Origin: Labilithrix sp.
GTDB taxonomy: Bacteria; Myxococcota_A; Polyangia; Polyangiales; Polyangiaceae
Assembly (NCBI GenBank): GCA_019637175.1
Contig: JAHBWD010000035.1
Span: forward strand, 5,341 to 37,340
Length of the DNA: 32,000 bases
Direction of reading: 5' to 3'
The notes under the pieces were generated by a model. That model was not told the origin of the DNA, did not search any database, and saw nothing but the letters and a program-made list of their open reading frames with translations. A program made the translations under genes and the position numbers. Below are positions 23,666 to 32,000 of this stretch, one piece after another; positions within the stretch are counted from its first letter, which is position 1; each line of letters begins with the position of its first letter.

Positions 23666-24427
23666 ATGAAGAAGGAGGCCCTGCGCGTCACTGCGACAAT
23701 CCCCGTGGCGCCCACGACGCTCTACTTCGCCTGGATCGACAGCGCGCATCACTCCGCGATGACGGGCGGCACCGCGAAGATCGATCCCAACGTCGGCGCC
23801 AAGTTCACGGCGTGGAACGGGTACATCACGGGAAAGCTCGTGATCCTCGACCTCGGCCGGCGCATCGTCATGAGCTGGCGAACGTCGGACTTCCCGCGCG
23901 ACGCTTCGGATTCGCGCGTCGAGGTCCACTTCGAATCGCTCGGCACGAGCACGCGCATCCTCATCCTGCACACCGAGATCCCGGAGGGTCAGGCGGAGCA
24001 GTACAAGCAGGGTTGGATGGAGAAGTACGTCAACCCGATGCGCGTCTACTTCAGTAAGTATCTGCCCGATCCGCGCAATCCTCCGCCGCGCCGCATCCCG
24101 CCGCCGCCGCCGGACGACGAGGAGGAAGAAGAAGAGGAGGCGCCGAAGGCCAAGGGCAAGAAGGCCCCGCCGACGAAGCCCGTCGTCAAGGGCAAGGCGC
24201 CTTCGCCGAGCGTGGCGAAGGTCGCGCCGGCCAAGCCTGCCGCCAAGCCGGCCGCGAAGCCCGCGCCGAAGCCCGCCGCCAAGCCCGCGCCGAAGCCTGC
24301 CGCCAAGCCCGCGCCGAAGAAGAGCGCGCCGGCGAAGAAGCCCGCGGCCAAGCCCGCGCCGAAGAAGGCCGCCAAGCCCGCGCCGAAAAAGAGCGCACCG
24401 GCGAAGAAGCCGGCGAAGAAGAAGTAG
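23666..24427 (+). CDS. SRPBCC (Aha1/START-like) domain protein with Lys/Ala/Pro-rich histone-H1-like tail
   Basis: The N-terminal ~135 aa are SRPBCC-like. These are followed by a PPPPP-DDEEEEEEE linker and (AKPAPK/AKKPA)n repeats. Confidence 0.75.
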   Translation: MKKEALRVTATIPVAPTTLYFAWIDSAHHSAMTGGTAKIDPNVGAKFTAWNGYITGKLVILDLGRRIVMSWRTSDFPRDASDSRVEVHFESLGTSTRILILHTEIPEGQAEQYKQGWMEKYVNPMRVYFSKYLPDPRNPPPRRIPPPPPDDEEEEEEEAPKAKGKKAPPTKPVVKGKAPSPSVAKVAPAKPAAKPAAKPAPKPAAKPAPKPAAKPAPKKSAPAKKPAAKPAPKKAAKPAPKKSAPAKKPAKKK

Positions 24428-24673
24428 CGACGGCTACGAAGCGGTGTCGTCCGAGTCGCCTTCGAGCCACCACAAGACGCTCAGCGCCGCGCCGCGCGGC
24501 GGGAGCTGGCGTGCCGGATCCGGCTCGGTCGGAGGGCACTCCTCTTCCGAAGCATCCATGAATCCCGGACCGTCGAGCTTAACGTCACTCATAGATGAGT
24601 TACTAGCGCTGCGGACGCCGAGCCGCAAGGGCCCGGTCCGAACGGCCGCTTTCCGGACTAGGATGCGAGCATC

Positions 24674-25993
24674 GTGACCGATCCCGTCCTCGCCGATTTG
24701 CTCGCGTTCCTCGGAGAGTCGCCGACCCCGTTCCATGCCGTCGCGAGCGCGACCGCTCGCCTCCGCGCCGCAGGCTTCGTGGAGATCGCCGAGACCGACG
24801 ACTGGTCCGCGCTCGGGCCCGGCCGCTACGCCTTCGCGCACGGAGGCTCGAGCCTCTTCGCGTTCGTGATCCCCGACGGCAAGCGCGTCGCGGGCTTCCG
24901 CATCGTCGGGGCGCACACCGACAGCCCCAACCTTCGGCTCAAGCCGACCCCCGAGTACAAGAAGGAGGGCTACGCCCAGCTCGGCGTCGAGGTCTACGGC
25001 GGCGCGCTCTTGAGCTCGTGGCTCGATCGCGACCTCTCGCTCGCCGGCCGCGTCCTGGTCCGCGGCGCGGGCAAGAACGCGAAGACGCTCGAGCCCAGGC
25101 TCGTCCGCTTCACGCGCCCGATGCTCCGCGTCGCGCAGCTCGCGATCCACCTCGACCGTGACGTCAACGAGAAGGGCCTCGTCCTCAACCGGCAGGAGCA
25201 CCTCGCGCCGATCTTCGGCCTCGCCGACGGCGACGCGAAGGACTTGCCCGCGATGCTCGCCGAAGAGCTCGGCGTCCCGAAGGAGCGGATCTGCGGCAGC
25301 GATCTCATGCTCTACGACGTCGTGCCTCCGACGCTCGGCGGGCGCTCCGGCGAGATGATCTTCTCCGCGCGCCTCGACAACCTCGCCATGTCGCACGCCG
25401 CGATCCACGCGCTGCTCGACGCGGCCGACGGCGCCGCCGCGGGCGAGCTCGTGCCGTTCGCCGCGCTGTTCGATCACGAAGAGGTCGGCAGCGAGACCGC
25501 CTACGGTGCGCAATCGGGCGCGTTGCCCCGCGCCCTCGAGCGCATCGTCCTCGCGCGCGGCGGCTCGCGCGAGGATCATCACCGCGCGCTCGCCGGCTCG
25601 CTCTGCGTGTCGGCCGACATGGCGCACGCCGTCCACCCGAACTACGAGTCGCGCCACGAGGCGAGGCACAAGCCGGTGCTCAACGGCGGGCCTGTCATCA
25701 AGACGAACAGCCAGCAGCGCTACGCGACGTCCGGCGCGACCGCCGCGCTGTTCCGCGATCTCTGCGCCCGCGCCGACGTGCCCGTCCAGCACTACGCGCA
25801 TCGCACCGATCTGCCGTGCGGATCGACGATCGGACCGATCGCGTCGACGCTGCTCGGCATCCGCACCGTCGACGTCGGCAACCCGATGCTCTCGATGCAC
25901 TCGATCCGCGAGCTCGCCGGCGCGCGCGATCCCGCGATGATGACCCGCGTGCTGACCGCCTTCTACGGATGCGCCGATCCGACGGCACCATGA
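24674..25993 (+). CDS. M18 family aspartyl aminopeptidase
   Basis: 439 aa with a GTG start. GAHTDSPNLRLKP and other M18 motifs. Confidence 0.85.
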   Translation: MTDPVLADLLAFLGESPTPFHAVASATARLRAAGFVEIAETDDWSALGPGRYAFAHGGSSLFAFVIPDGKRVAGFRIVGAHTDSPNLRLKPTPEYKKEGYAQLGVEVYGGALLSSWLDRDLSLAGRVLVRGAGKNAKTLEPRLVRFTRPMLRVAQLAIHLDRDVNEKGLVLNRQEHLAPIFGLADGDAKDLPAMLAEELGVPKERICGSDLMLYDVVPPTLGGRSGEMIFSARLDNLAMSHAAIHALLDAADGAAAGELVPFAALFDHEEVGSETAYGAQSGALPRALERIVLARGGSREDHHRALAGSLCVSADMAHAVHPNYESRHEARHKPVLNGGPVIKTNSQQRYATSGATAALFRDLCARADVPVQHYAHRTDLPCGSTIGPIASTLLGIRTVDVGNPMLSMHSIRELAGARDPAMMTRVLTAFYGCADPTAP

Positions 25994-26706
25994 TCGTCTC
26001 TCGCGCTGGATTCACCCTCGCGTTCGTCACTGCGCTCCTCGTGGTCGCGTGCGGCAAGTCGACCGGCAGCAAGTGCAGGGCCGGCGAATCGACGTGCCTC
26101 GACAAGGACACCGCGCTCACGTGCGTGAACGGCAAGCTCGCCGAGGTCGAATGCAAAGGCCCGCTCGGGTGCACGAAGTTCCAGGAGCACGCGCGCTGCG
26201 ACAGCTCGACGGCGAACGAGGGCGAGCCGTGCATGGGGCAGAACGAGGAGGAGTACGCCTGCTCCGCCGACAAGAAGCGCGCGCTGATCTGCAGGAACGG
26301 CAAGTTCGAGCGCCACCTCGAGTGCCGTGGCAAGGCCGGGTGCGCCGTGCTCGGCCAGCAGGTCTCGTGCGACACTTCCGTCGCCGCCAAGGGCGATCCA
26401 TGCAGGAGCCAGGGCGCCGCCGCGTGCTCCGAAGATCAGAAGGAGATGATGATCTGTCGCGACGGGAAGTTCGCGACCTACCGCTTCTGCCGCGGACAGT
26501 TCGGCTGCTACATGAAGGCCGACGCGCCCGCGTGCGATACGACGTACTCGCTCGAGGGCGATCCCTGCGGGCTGCCGAACTACGTCGTCTGCTCGGTCGA
26601 CAAGCAGAGCGAGCTCATCTGCCAGGGGAGCACGTTCGTGAAGTCGCGACCGTGCCGCAAGTCCGGCTGCAACGTCGGCGCGGGCGGGCGCGTGAGCTGC
26701 GAGTGA
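25990..26706 (+). CDS. Cys-rich repeat lipoprotein
   Basis: MIVSRAGFTLAFVTALLVVAC lipobox. About five ~45-aa modules with the pattern C..C..L.C.NGK....C.G..GC. The ATG overlaps the M18 stop (ATGA). Confidence 0.7.
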   Translation: MIVSRAGFTLAFVTALLVVACGKSTGSKCRAGESTCLDKDTALTCVNGKLAEVECKGPLGCTKFQEHARCDSSTANEGEPCMGQNEEEYACSADKKRALICRNGKFERHLECRGKAGCAVLGQQVSCDTSVAAKGDPCRSQGAAACSEDQKEMMICRDGKFATYRFCRGQFGCYMKADAPACDTTYSLEGDPCGLPNYVVCSVDKQSELICQGSTFVKSRPCRKSGCNVGAGGRVSCE

Positions 26707-26709
26707 CCG

Positions 26710-27282
26710 TCAGCTCGGATTGAGGAGGAACCTCGCCGTCGCGAACCGCGCGACGACGCCGACGATCCCGTCGGTGCGCGCGAGCTCCTCGAGCACGGCG
26801 AGCCCTTGGTCGCGCGTGAGATGCGCGGGGTCGAAGCCGAGGCGCAACGCGGTGGACTGAACGGCGTCGCGCGCCTTCTCGGCGCCGAGCGCGGGCGCGA
26901 GCAGCGGCAGCAGATCGACGGAAGCCGCGCGAGGCTCCACCGAACGGAGTCGCGCCGAGCTGGGCGCGGGCGCCTCGATCGCGTCGATCGCGTCGATCGC
27001 GTCGACCGCGTCGACCACGTCGATCGCGACGGAGAGCGCTTCGCGGCCCACGAGCTTGTCGATGTCACCGCGCGACAGCGCGAAGCGCGCGACCACGCCG
27101 ATGAGACCCTCGGCCTCGGAGAGCCTCGCGAAGATCGCACGCACCTCGACGCCGCTCCACACGGTGCCGGGAATCGCCAGGGTTCTCGCGGTCTGCAAGA
27201 CGACCTCTTCGCTCTTCTCTTGGCCGAGGGCGGCCGCGAGCAGAACGCTGACTTCGTCCTTGGTGATGCGGCGGCCGCTCAT
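26710..27282 (-). CDS. hypothetical protein with internally duplicated domain
   Basis: 190 aa. Two related halves end in EGLIGVVARFALSR and DGIVGVVARFATAR. They are linked by a (D-A-I/V)n stretch encoded by a 9-bp DNA repeat. Confidence 0.6.
   Translation of the reverse strand: MSGRRITKDEVSVLLAAALGQEKSEEVVLQTARTLAIPGTVWSGVEVRAIFARLSEAEGLIGVVARFALSRGDIDKLVGREALSVAIDVVDAVDAIDAIDAIEAPAPSSARLRSVEPRAASVDLLPLLAPALGAEKARDAVQSTALRLGFDPAHLTRDQGLAVLEELARTDGIVGVVARFATARFLLNPS
26972..27025. repeat. 9-bp tandem repeat (gcgtcgatc)x6, in-frame within a CDS
   Basis: Read directly. Encodes VVDAVDAIDAIDAIEA on the minus strand. Confidence 0.85.
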
Positions 27283-27291
27283 GCGGGAGGA

Positions 27292-28473
27292 TCAGCGGGG
27301 GAACGCGAGCACGACGCTCGTCGTGTTGTGGAACCCGCTCATGTCGCCGACGTCGAGGGCGATCTCCCCGTACGTCTCGAAGCCGGCGAGGGGCACGTCG
27401 CCGAGCTCCTCCACCATGCCACGAACCGCGCTGCCGAACTCTTCGCGCAAGATCAGGTTGCGACAGATGCAATCGAAGACGATCGCGCCCGCCGGGGCGT
27501 TTCCGCCGAGCTTGGCCCGCGCTCGCCGCGCGGCTTCGCGCGCGCTCTCGACCTGGTCGCGCGGCGCGCTCTCGGTGATCCGGATGACCGCCCCTTCGGG
27601 CACCCCGCACGCGAACTGAATCGCGCCGCGTTCGTCGCGAGAGAGAGGCGCGCGGATCTTGTACTCCTGCCCGGCGGCGAGGCCCGCCTCGAAGCGGAGG
27701 AGGAAGCCCGTCTCGTCGGCCGGGGCGAGCGCGTCGATGTCGAGGCCTTGCCCCATCGCGGCGTCGCGCGTCTTCTCGCGCCACACGTCCCACGCGGGGC
27801 GCCCCTCGATCTGCTCGACGACGTTGCCGTGCGCGCGGGTGATCTTGAGCGGCTCGGAGAGCGGCCGATGGCCGTGGCAGACGCCGAGCCCGAGCGGCGC
27901 CTTGGAGAAGATGTGGCCGATGACGACCGCGTCGCTCGCCGCGTGCGGACCGCACGAGACGACCGTCGACTTCATCTGGAGATCGTCGCCCGCGGCGCCG
28001 CCGGCGAGCTGCTCGTCGGCGCCGAGCTGAGAGGCGGCGATGAGCGTCACCTCCTCACAGTTGCCCGCCATGGTGTCGATGAGGAGCAGCCCGGTGCGGT
28101 ACGGATATCCCGCGAGCGCGCGCGGCAGCCCCTCGAGCGCTTGGGCGACCGCGCGATCGGGCGCGGTGCGAACGCCGCCGCCGATGCCCGCGTACACCTT
28201 GATCGCGCCGGAGACGGCGACGGCGCAGACCGCGCCCTTCGTGTCGCCCCGCTCGGTGAACTCGCCCGCGGTCGACGCGCCCAGCACGGTCGCCTCGGGG
28301 AACGCGGCGCCGAGCACCGGCGCGACCTCGCCGAGCGGCTGCTCGGTCGACGCGAACACCATGATGAGCGCCGGCTTGTCGCTGCCGAGCCCGCGCCCGA
28401 GCGCCGAGGCGAGCTCCTTGGCCGCGGCGACGGCCGCACCTCTCGCGCTCGCGGTGACCACGCGCGTTTCCAT
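27292..28473 (-). CDS. FIST N/C-domain sensory protein
   Basis: 393 aa. FIST-like pattern (LIMVFAS...LGASTAGEF...). GGAGG Shine-Dalgarno upstream of the ATG. Confidence 0.7.
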   Translation of the reverse strand: METRVVTASARGAAVAAAKELASALGRGLGSDKPALIMVFASTEQPLGEVAPVLGAAFPEATVLGASTAGEFTERGDTKGAVCAVAVSGAIKVYAGIGGGVRTAPDRAVAQALEGLPRALAGYPYRTGLLLIDTMAGNCEEVTLIAASQLGADEQLAGGAAGDDLQMKSTVVSCGPHAASDAVVIGHIFSKAPLGLGVCHGHRPLSEPLKITRAHGNVVEQIEGRPAWDVWREKTRDAAMGQGLDIDALAPADETGFLLRFEAGLAAGQEYKIRAPLSRDERGAIQFACGVPEGAVIRITESAPRDQVESAREAARRARAKLGGNAPAGAIVFDCICRNLILREEFGSAVRGMVEELGDVPLAGFETYGEIALDVGDMSGFHNTTSVVLAFPR

Positions 28474-28503
28474 GACGGCCTCCGTGATCCAAGAGCGTTA
28501 CAG

Positions 28504-29319
28504 CTACTTGGGATCGGCGCAACAGCGGAAGCCGGTCGAGTAGTCGTGATAGCTCACGTCGTGCGCGACCGTCCGGTAGGTGCAGCCGTCGCCGTTGAGG
28601 TGCGTGTCTTGGTAGTAGCCGCCGCGGAACGTGCCCCGCGAACCGTTGACGTCGGCGATCCACTCGTGGAGGTTGCCGACCATGTCGTAGACGCCGAAGG
28701 CGTTCTTGCACTTGCCGAAGCTGCCCGTCGGCGCGACCGAGTTCGGAGCCTCGTTGATGCGTGGATCGTTCATCGCTTCGCCCGACGCATAAACGCCGTC
28801 GCCGAGCTCGGGGTGGAGCGACGCGAGCCGCGCGCGACCTTGATCGTTGCAGTACCCGGCTTTGCGCACGTCGCCGTAGGGAAAGGTCGTCGGCGTCCGG
28901 CCGCGGCACGCGCGCTCCCACTCTTCGCCGGTGCAGAGCCGCTTGCGCGCCGCCTTGCACGCCGCCTCGGCTTCGTTCTTGGAGATGTAGCCCTGAGGAA
29001 CGACGCCGGCGCGGGTGATCGCCTTCACCTTGAGGTTCGTGACCGGTCGGGTCGGGGCGTGCGCGACCTCTTCTTTGCCTCGCAGCTCGACGACCTGCGC
29101 CTCCCAGCGATCGATGCAGAACGCACGCTTTTCGGCGACGGCGACGTGCGCCATGCCGGCAGGGCAAGGGCCGCCCTTTCCGTCGGAAGGCGAGCTCGCC
29201 GACAGGCAGCCGATCGTCACCGACGCGACGATCACGGTGAGGAGGCGGCGGGCGACCACGGCCCGATCGGTTAGCTCAACCCACGCCGCGGCGCAAATCG
29301 CGCGCCCTGCGCGCCTCAA
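28504..29319 (-). CDS. FGE-sulfatase / SUMF1-family protein (lipoprotein)
   Basis: NAFGVYDMVGNLHEWI...RGGYY...GFRCC C-terminal signature. The listed start is a TTG overlapping the kinase stop. The GTG at 29259 would give a cleaner signal peptide (VARRLLTVIVASVTIGC). Confidence 0.75.
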   Translation of the reverse strand: MRRAGRAICAAAWVELTDRAVVARRLLTVIVASVTIGCLSASSPSDGKGGPCPAGMAHVAVAEKRAFCIDRWEAQVVELRGKEEVAHAPTRPVTNLKVKAITRAGVVPQGYISKNEAEAACKAARKRLCTGEEWERACRGRTPTTFPYGDVRKAGYCNDQGRARLASLHPELGDGVYASGEAMNDPRINEAPNSVAPTGSFGKCKNAFGVYDMVGNLHEWIADVNGSRGTFRGGYYQDTHLNGDGCTYRTVAHDVSYHDYSTGFRCCADPK

Positions 29320-30767
29320 GGCGAGTTGTGGGGGATGAGCCCGGTGAACCAGGCCGCCCCCGCGGCCGCCGCGACGACGAGGAAGAGCACGACGCCGATC
29401 GCCGCGCCGCCCGGACCGCCGCCGCCCTTCGCCGGCTGGCGACCGGACTGCGCCGCGCCGGGCACCGGAATCGATCCCGAAGCCGACGCGTGCTGCGGAT
29501 GCATCGGCTGGAGCGGCGTCGGCGGCCCGACCACCGGCGGCGCCTGACGGTTCGAGGGCGGCATCGGCTGATCGTCCTCGAGCGCCGAGAGGTTGCCCTG
29601 CTCGAAGACCTCGGGCGGCAGCGACGCGCGCACCGGGTCGTAGCCCGGACGCTTCATGTCCTGGATGGCGATCTCGTTGGCCCAGTTGGTCGGATCGACG
29701 AACGCGTCGGTGTTGAGCGGCGCCGCGGCGGCGACCTTCATGTTGCCCGAGGCGGGCGCGCCGTCTTCCTTGAGCGACGTGAACTCGAAGAGCGCCTCTT
29801 CGATCAGCTTGTCGATGATCGATCCCTGCGGCTGGCGCACGCGCTGCTTCTCGCGCATCGTGCCCTGCACGATCGTCGCGATGTCGTAGCTGTTGATCGC
29901 CTGCCCGTAGGAGAACATGAAGCGCGTGAGGTCTTGCCCGAGCTCGCGCGACGTGCCGTAGCGCGCGAGCATGTCCTTCGCGAGCGCCTTGTTGACGATG
30001 CGCTCGAGCTCCGGCGGCACCTTGCGGTTGATCTGCGAGATCGGCGGAACCTGCGCGACCTGCACCTTCTTCACGGTCTGGAAGTCGGTGTCGCCGAGGA
30101 ACAGGCGCTGCCCCGCGAGCAGCTCCCAGAGGATGATCCCGACCGCGAAGATGTCGGTGCGGCTGTCGACCTCCTGCCCCATCGCCGCCTCCGGCGACAG
30201 GTAGGAGAACTTGCCCTTGATGATCCCGGGCTCGCTCTTCTCGAGCTGCGAGCTCGCCTTCGCGAGCCCGAAGTCCACGATCTTCACCTCGCCGTACTTC
30301 GTGACGAGGACGTTGGGCGGCGACATGTCGCGATGAACGAGGTTCATCGGCATGCCGTTCTGGTCGGTCAGCTCGTGGGCGTAGCTCAGGCCCTTGCAGA
30401 TCTCGTGGGCGATGTAGGCGGCGGCGGCGACGGGGAAGTCTTTCCCCTGCTTCTTCACCGACTCGGCGATGCCCTTGAGGTTCGCGCCGTCGACGTACTC
30501 CATGACGATGAAGAAGGCGTTGTCGCCGACGCCGATGTCGAAGACCTGAACGCAGTTCGAGTGCGAGAGCTGCGCCGAGAGGCGCGCCTCGTCGAGGAAC
30601 ATCGCGATGAACTTCTTCTTCTCGCTGAGGTGCGGCAGAACGCGCTTGATCGCGACCTGCTTGCGGAAGCCTTGGAGGCCCTCGCTCTCCGCGCGGAACA
30701 CCTCCGCCATGCCGCCCGACTCGAGCTTCTCGACGACGCGGTATCGCTGCTGTGCGGATTCGGTCAT
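29316..30767 (-). CDS. Ser/Thr protein kinase with C-terminal TM anchor
   Basis: 483 aa from MTESAQQRYRV. GGMAEV...AIK, HRDMSPPNVL, DFGLAK and SPE Hanks motifs. Pro-rich linker and TM segment AAIGVVLFLVVAAAAGAAWF. Confidence 0.9.
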   Translation of the reverse strand: MTESAQQRYRVVEKLESGGMAEVFRAESEGLQGFRKQVAIKRVLPHLSEKKKFIAMFLDEARLSAQLSHSNCVQVFDIGVGDNAFFIVMEYVDGANLKGIAESVKKQGKDFPVAAAAYIAHEICKGLSYAHELTDQNGMPMNLVHRDMSPPNVLVTKYGEVKIVDFGLAKASSQLEKSEPGIIKGKFSYLSPEAAMGQEVDSRTDIFAVGIILWELLAGQRLFLGDTDFQTVKKVQVAQVPPISQINRKVPPELERIVNKALAKDMLARYGTSRELGQDLTRFMFSYGQAINSYDIATIVQGTMREKQRVRQPQGSIIDKLIEEALFEFTSLKEDGAPASGNMKVAAAAPLNTDAFVDPTNWANEIAIQDMKRPGYDPVRASLPPEVFEQGNLSALEDDQPMPPSNRQAPPVVGPPTPLQPMHPQHASASGSIPVPGAAQSGRQPAKGGGGPGGAAIGVVLFLVVAAAAGAAWFTGLIPHNSP

Positions 30768-31188
30768 GGAGGCGGCAGACCTACGAAAAGAGCGTGCCAC
30801 CCTGGAGCGCGACGCGTCAAGAACGCTAACGGTTCCGCGCTTGCGCCCCCGACGGAGGGGGCGTTTCGTCGGACGGTTTCGGCGCGGCCGCGGGTCGAGC
30901 TCGACGGCGACGCCGAGAGCGCGAAGCTCGTTCTGCCCGAGCGCCGGCGCGCTGTCTCCGACCCTTTCCCGCCGCGCCCACACCACCTCCTAAGTTCATG
31001 AAATCAATGCGCGTGATTCACGTTCGCGAGCGACGTAGGAAAAGGTGAACGTTGACAGCGCCCGCTCGTTTCCCCGATGCTGCCGCCCGCGAGCGCTCGA
31101 AGTGCGGAGCGACGCGCCATTTCGTCCCCCACGAAGGAAGAGGCGGGGCCCCTTTCTCGTCCCCGCGAGTACGCGGGGCCCCTTCGCG

Positions 31189-32000
31189 ATGTCCGCACGA
31201 CGCGCATCCCTGCTCCTCCTCGGCGCCGCCGTTCTCCTGACGCCGGGCGTGTCGTTCGCGCTCGAGCCGGAGATCACGAGCGACACCGCCGCGCAGTTCT
31301 ACGACGTGCGCAGCCCGACGGGCGAGACGGTCATCTCGCGGCGTCGCTTGATGACGACGCTCGGCGTGAGCGTCTACGATCTCTACGACAAGCCCGAAGA
31401 TCCCAACGGGCCCTCGCTCACGTTCCGCGCGCGCATGCGCTACGACGCCGACTACGGCGGCAGCGGCGCGGAGACCGACGTCACGAACTTCGGCCGCGTC
31501 GTGCCCGGCTTCGACCGCGGGCCGGTCGATCTCATGTACGGCTACGTCGAAGGCCGCCGGTTCTTGCGCGGCTGGCTCGGCTTCAAGCTCGGTCGGCAGT
31601 ACGTCGTCGACGCGCTCGGCTGGTGGTCGTTCGACGGCGGCTCGGTGAAGATCACGACGCCGTACTTCTTCGCCGCCGAGCTCTACGGCGGCCTCGAGCA
31701 GCGTGGAGGCATGCCGCTCTCGACGCCGCGCTACGAGCGTGACGGCGTCTGGCGAGGCGATCGCACGGGCTACGATCCGTCGCTCTATCCGTCGTTCCAG
31801 CCGAACGACGTCGCCCCGGCCTATGGCGCGGCGCTCGAGTCCGCGGGCTTCACGTGGCTGCACGGGCGGCTCACGTATCGACGCGTCCACAACACCGGCG
31901 CCTCGAACGCCTCGCAGTTCGCGAACGGCCTGCGCGCGCCCGTCGCCTACGACGGCACGCGCATCTCGAGCGAGCGCCTCGGCTACGCGTTCGACGGAAC
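31189..32000 (+). CDS. secreted hypothetical protein, N-terminal part (3' end outside window)
   Basis: Frame 1 is open from the ATG at 31189 to the window end. It is absent from the ORF track because it has no stop. Signal peptide MSARRASLLLLGAAVLLTPGVSFA. High GC3. Confidence 0.7.
   Translation, partial: MSARRASLLLLGAAVLLTPGVSFALEPEITSDTAAQFYDVRSPTGETVISRRRLMTTLGVSVYDLYDKPEDPNGPSLTFRARMRYDADYGGSGAETDVTNFGRVVPGFDRGPVDLMYGYVEGRRFLRGWLGFKLGRQYVVDALGWWSFDGGSVKITTPYFFAAELYGGLEQRGGMPLSTPRYERDGVWRGDRTGYDPSLYPSFQPNDVAPAYGAALESAGFTWLHGRLTYRRVHNTGASNASQFANGLRAPVAYDGTRISSERLGYAFDG

Noticed and set aside
24434-24592. 52-aa acidic minus-strand ORF (MSDVKLDGPGFMDASEEE...) in the gap before the M18 gene
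   Set aside because: It has no Shine-Dalgarno sequence and no family resemblance, and it is the tail of a shadow ORF. It cannot be supported from sequence alone.
31143-31184. 12-nt direct repeat gcggggcccctt (31143 and 31173) just upstream of the last CDS, as a possible operator
   Set aside because: It is too short and GC-rich to distinguish from chance. No partner regulator is evident.
24434-31890. Long ORFs 24434..25900(-), 26806..29274(+), 27065..27955(-), 28055..29167(-), 29328..31001(+) and 31018..31890(-)
   Set aside because: They lie antisense to the M18 peptidase, FIST, SUMF1, kinase and secreted-protein genes. Their composition is typical of GC-rich shadow frames.

Overview
Very GC-rich (about 70% by eye, not computed) bacterial chromosomal segment. 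The gene content (Hanks-type Ser/Thr kinase, FGE/SUMF1 protein, FIST protein, Tat and lipoprotein signals, a K/A/P-tailed protein) suggests a Myxococcota-like organism; this is inference only. Coordinates were derived by hand and may be off by about 2 nt.

Left part (1-13.9 kb):
- A 113-bp tandem-repeat block.
- A secreted phospholipase-D-like lipoprotein, recA, comM/yifB, a siderophore-interacting-type flavoprotein and a Tat-signal protein.
- A five-gene, translationally coupled minus-strand operon: KS/CLF-like fusion, ACP, GcvT-like protein, acyl-CoA ligase, FAD oxidoreductase.

Centre (14.76-23.62 kb), the outstanding feature: a same-strand array of about 34 cloverleaf tRNA genes.
- The array has 33 different anticodons and covers all 20 amino acids.
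- Many of the tRNAs are non-canonical: G55 T-loops, GG-less D-loops, C33, and Leu anticodons on short-variable-arm bodies.
- Four protein genes interrupt the array: a small Cys-rich protein, an HNH endonuclease, a Ro60/Rsr TROVE-vWA protein and an SPFH/band-7 protein.
- A family of structured non-tRNA modules sits between tRNAs. They share a conserved CCTACA(C/A)GCAA box and a covarying closing stem.
- Two of these modules, plus a third related locus, have a circularly permuted tRNA topology in which the acceptor stem is capped by a loop. These are candidate YrlA-like Y RNAs for the embedded Rsr, or possibly permuted/split tRNAs.

Right part (23.6-32 kb): an SRPBCC protein with a histone-H1-like tail, an M18 aminopeptidase, a Cys-repeat lipoprotein, a FIST protein with a duplicated-domain partner, an FGE/SUMF1-type protein, a Ser/Thr kinase and a partial secreted protein.
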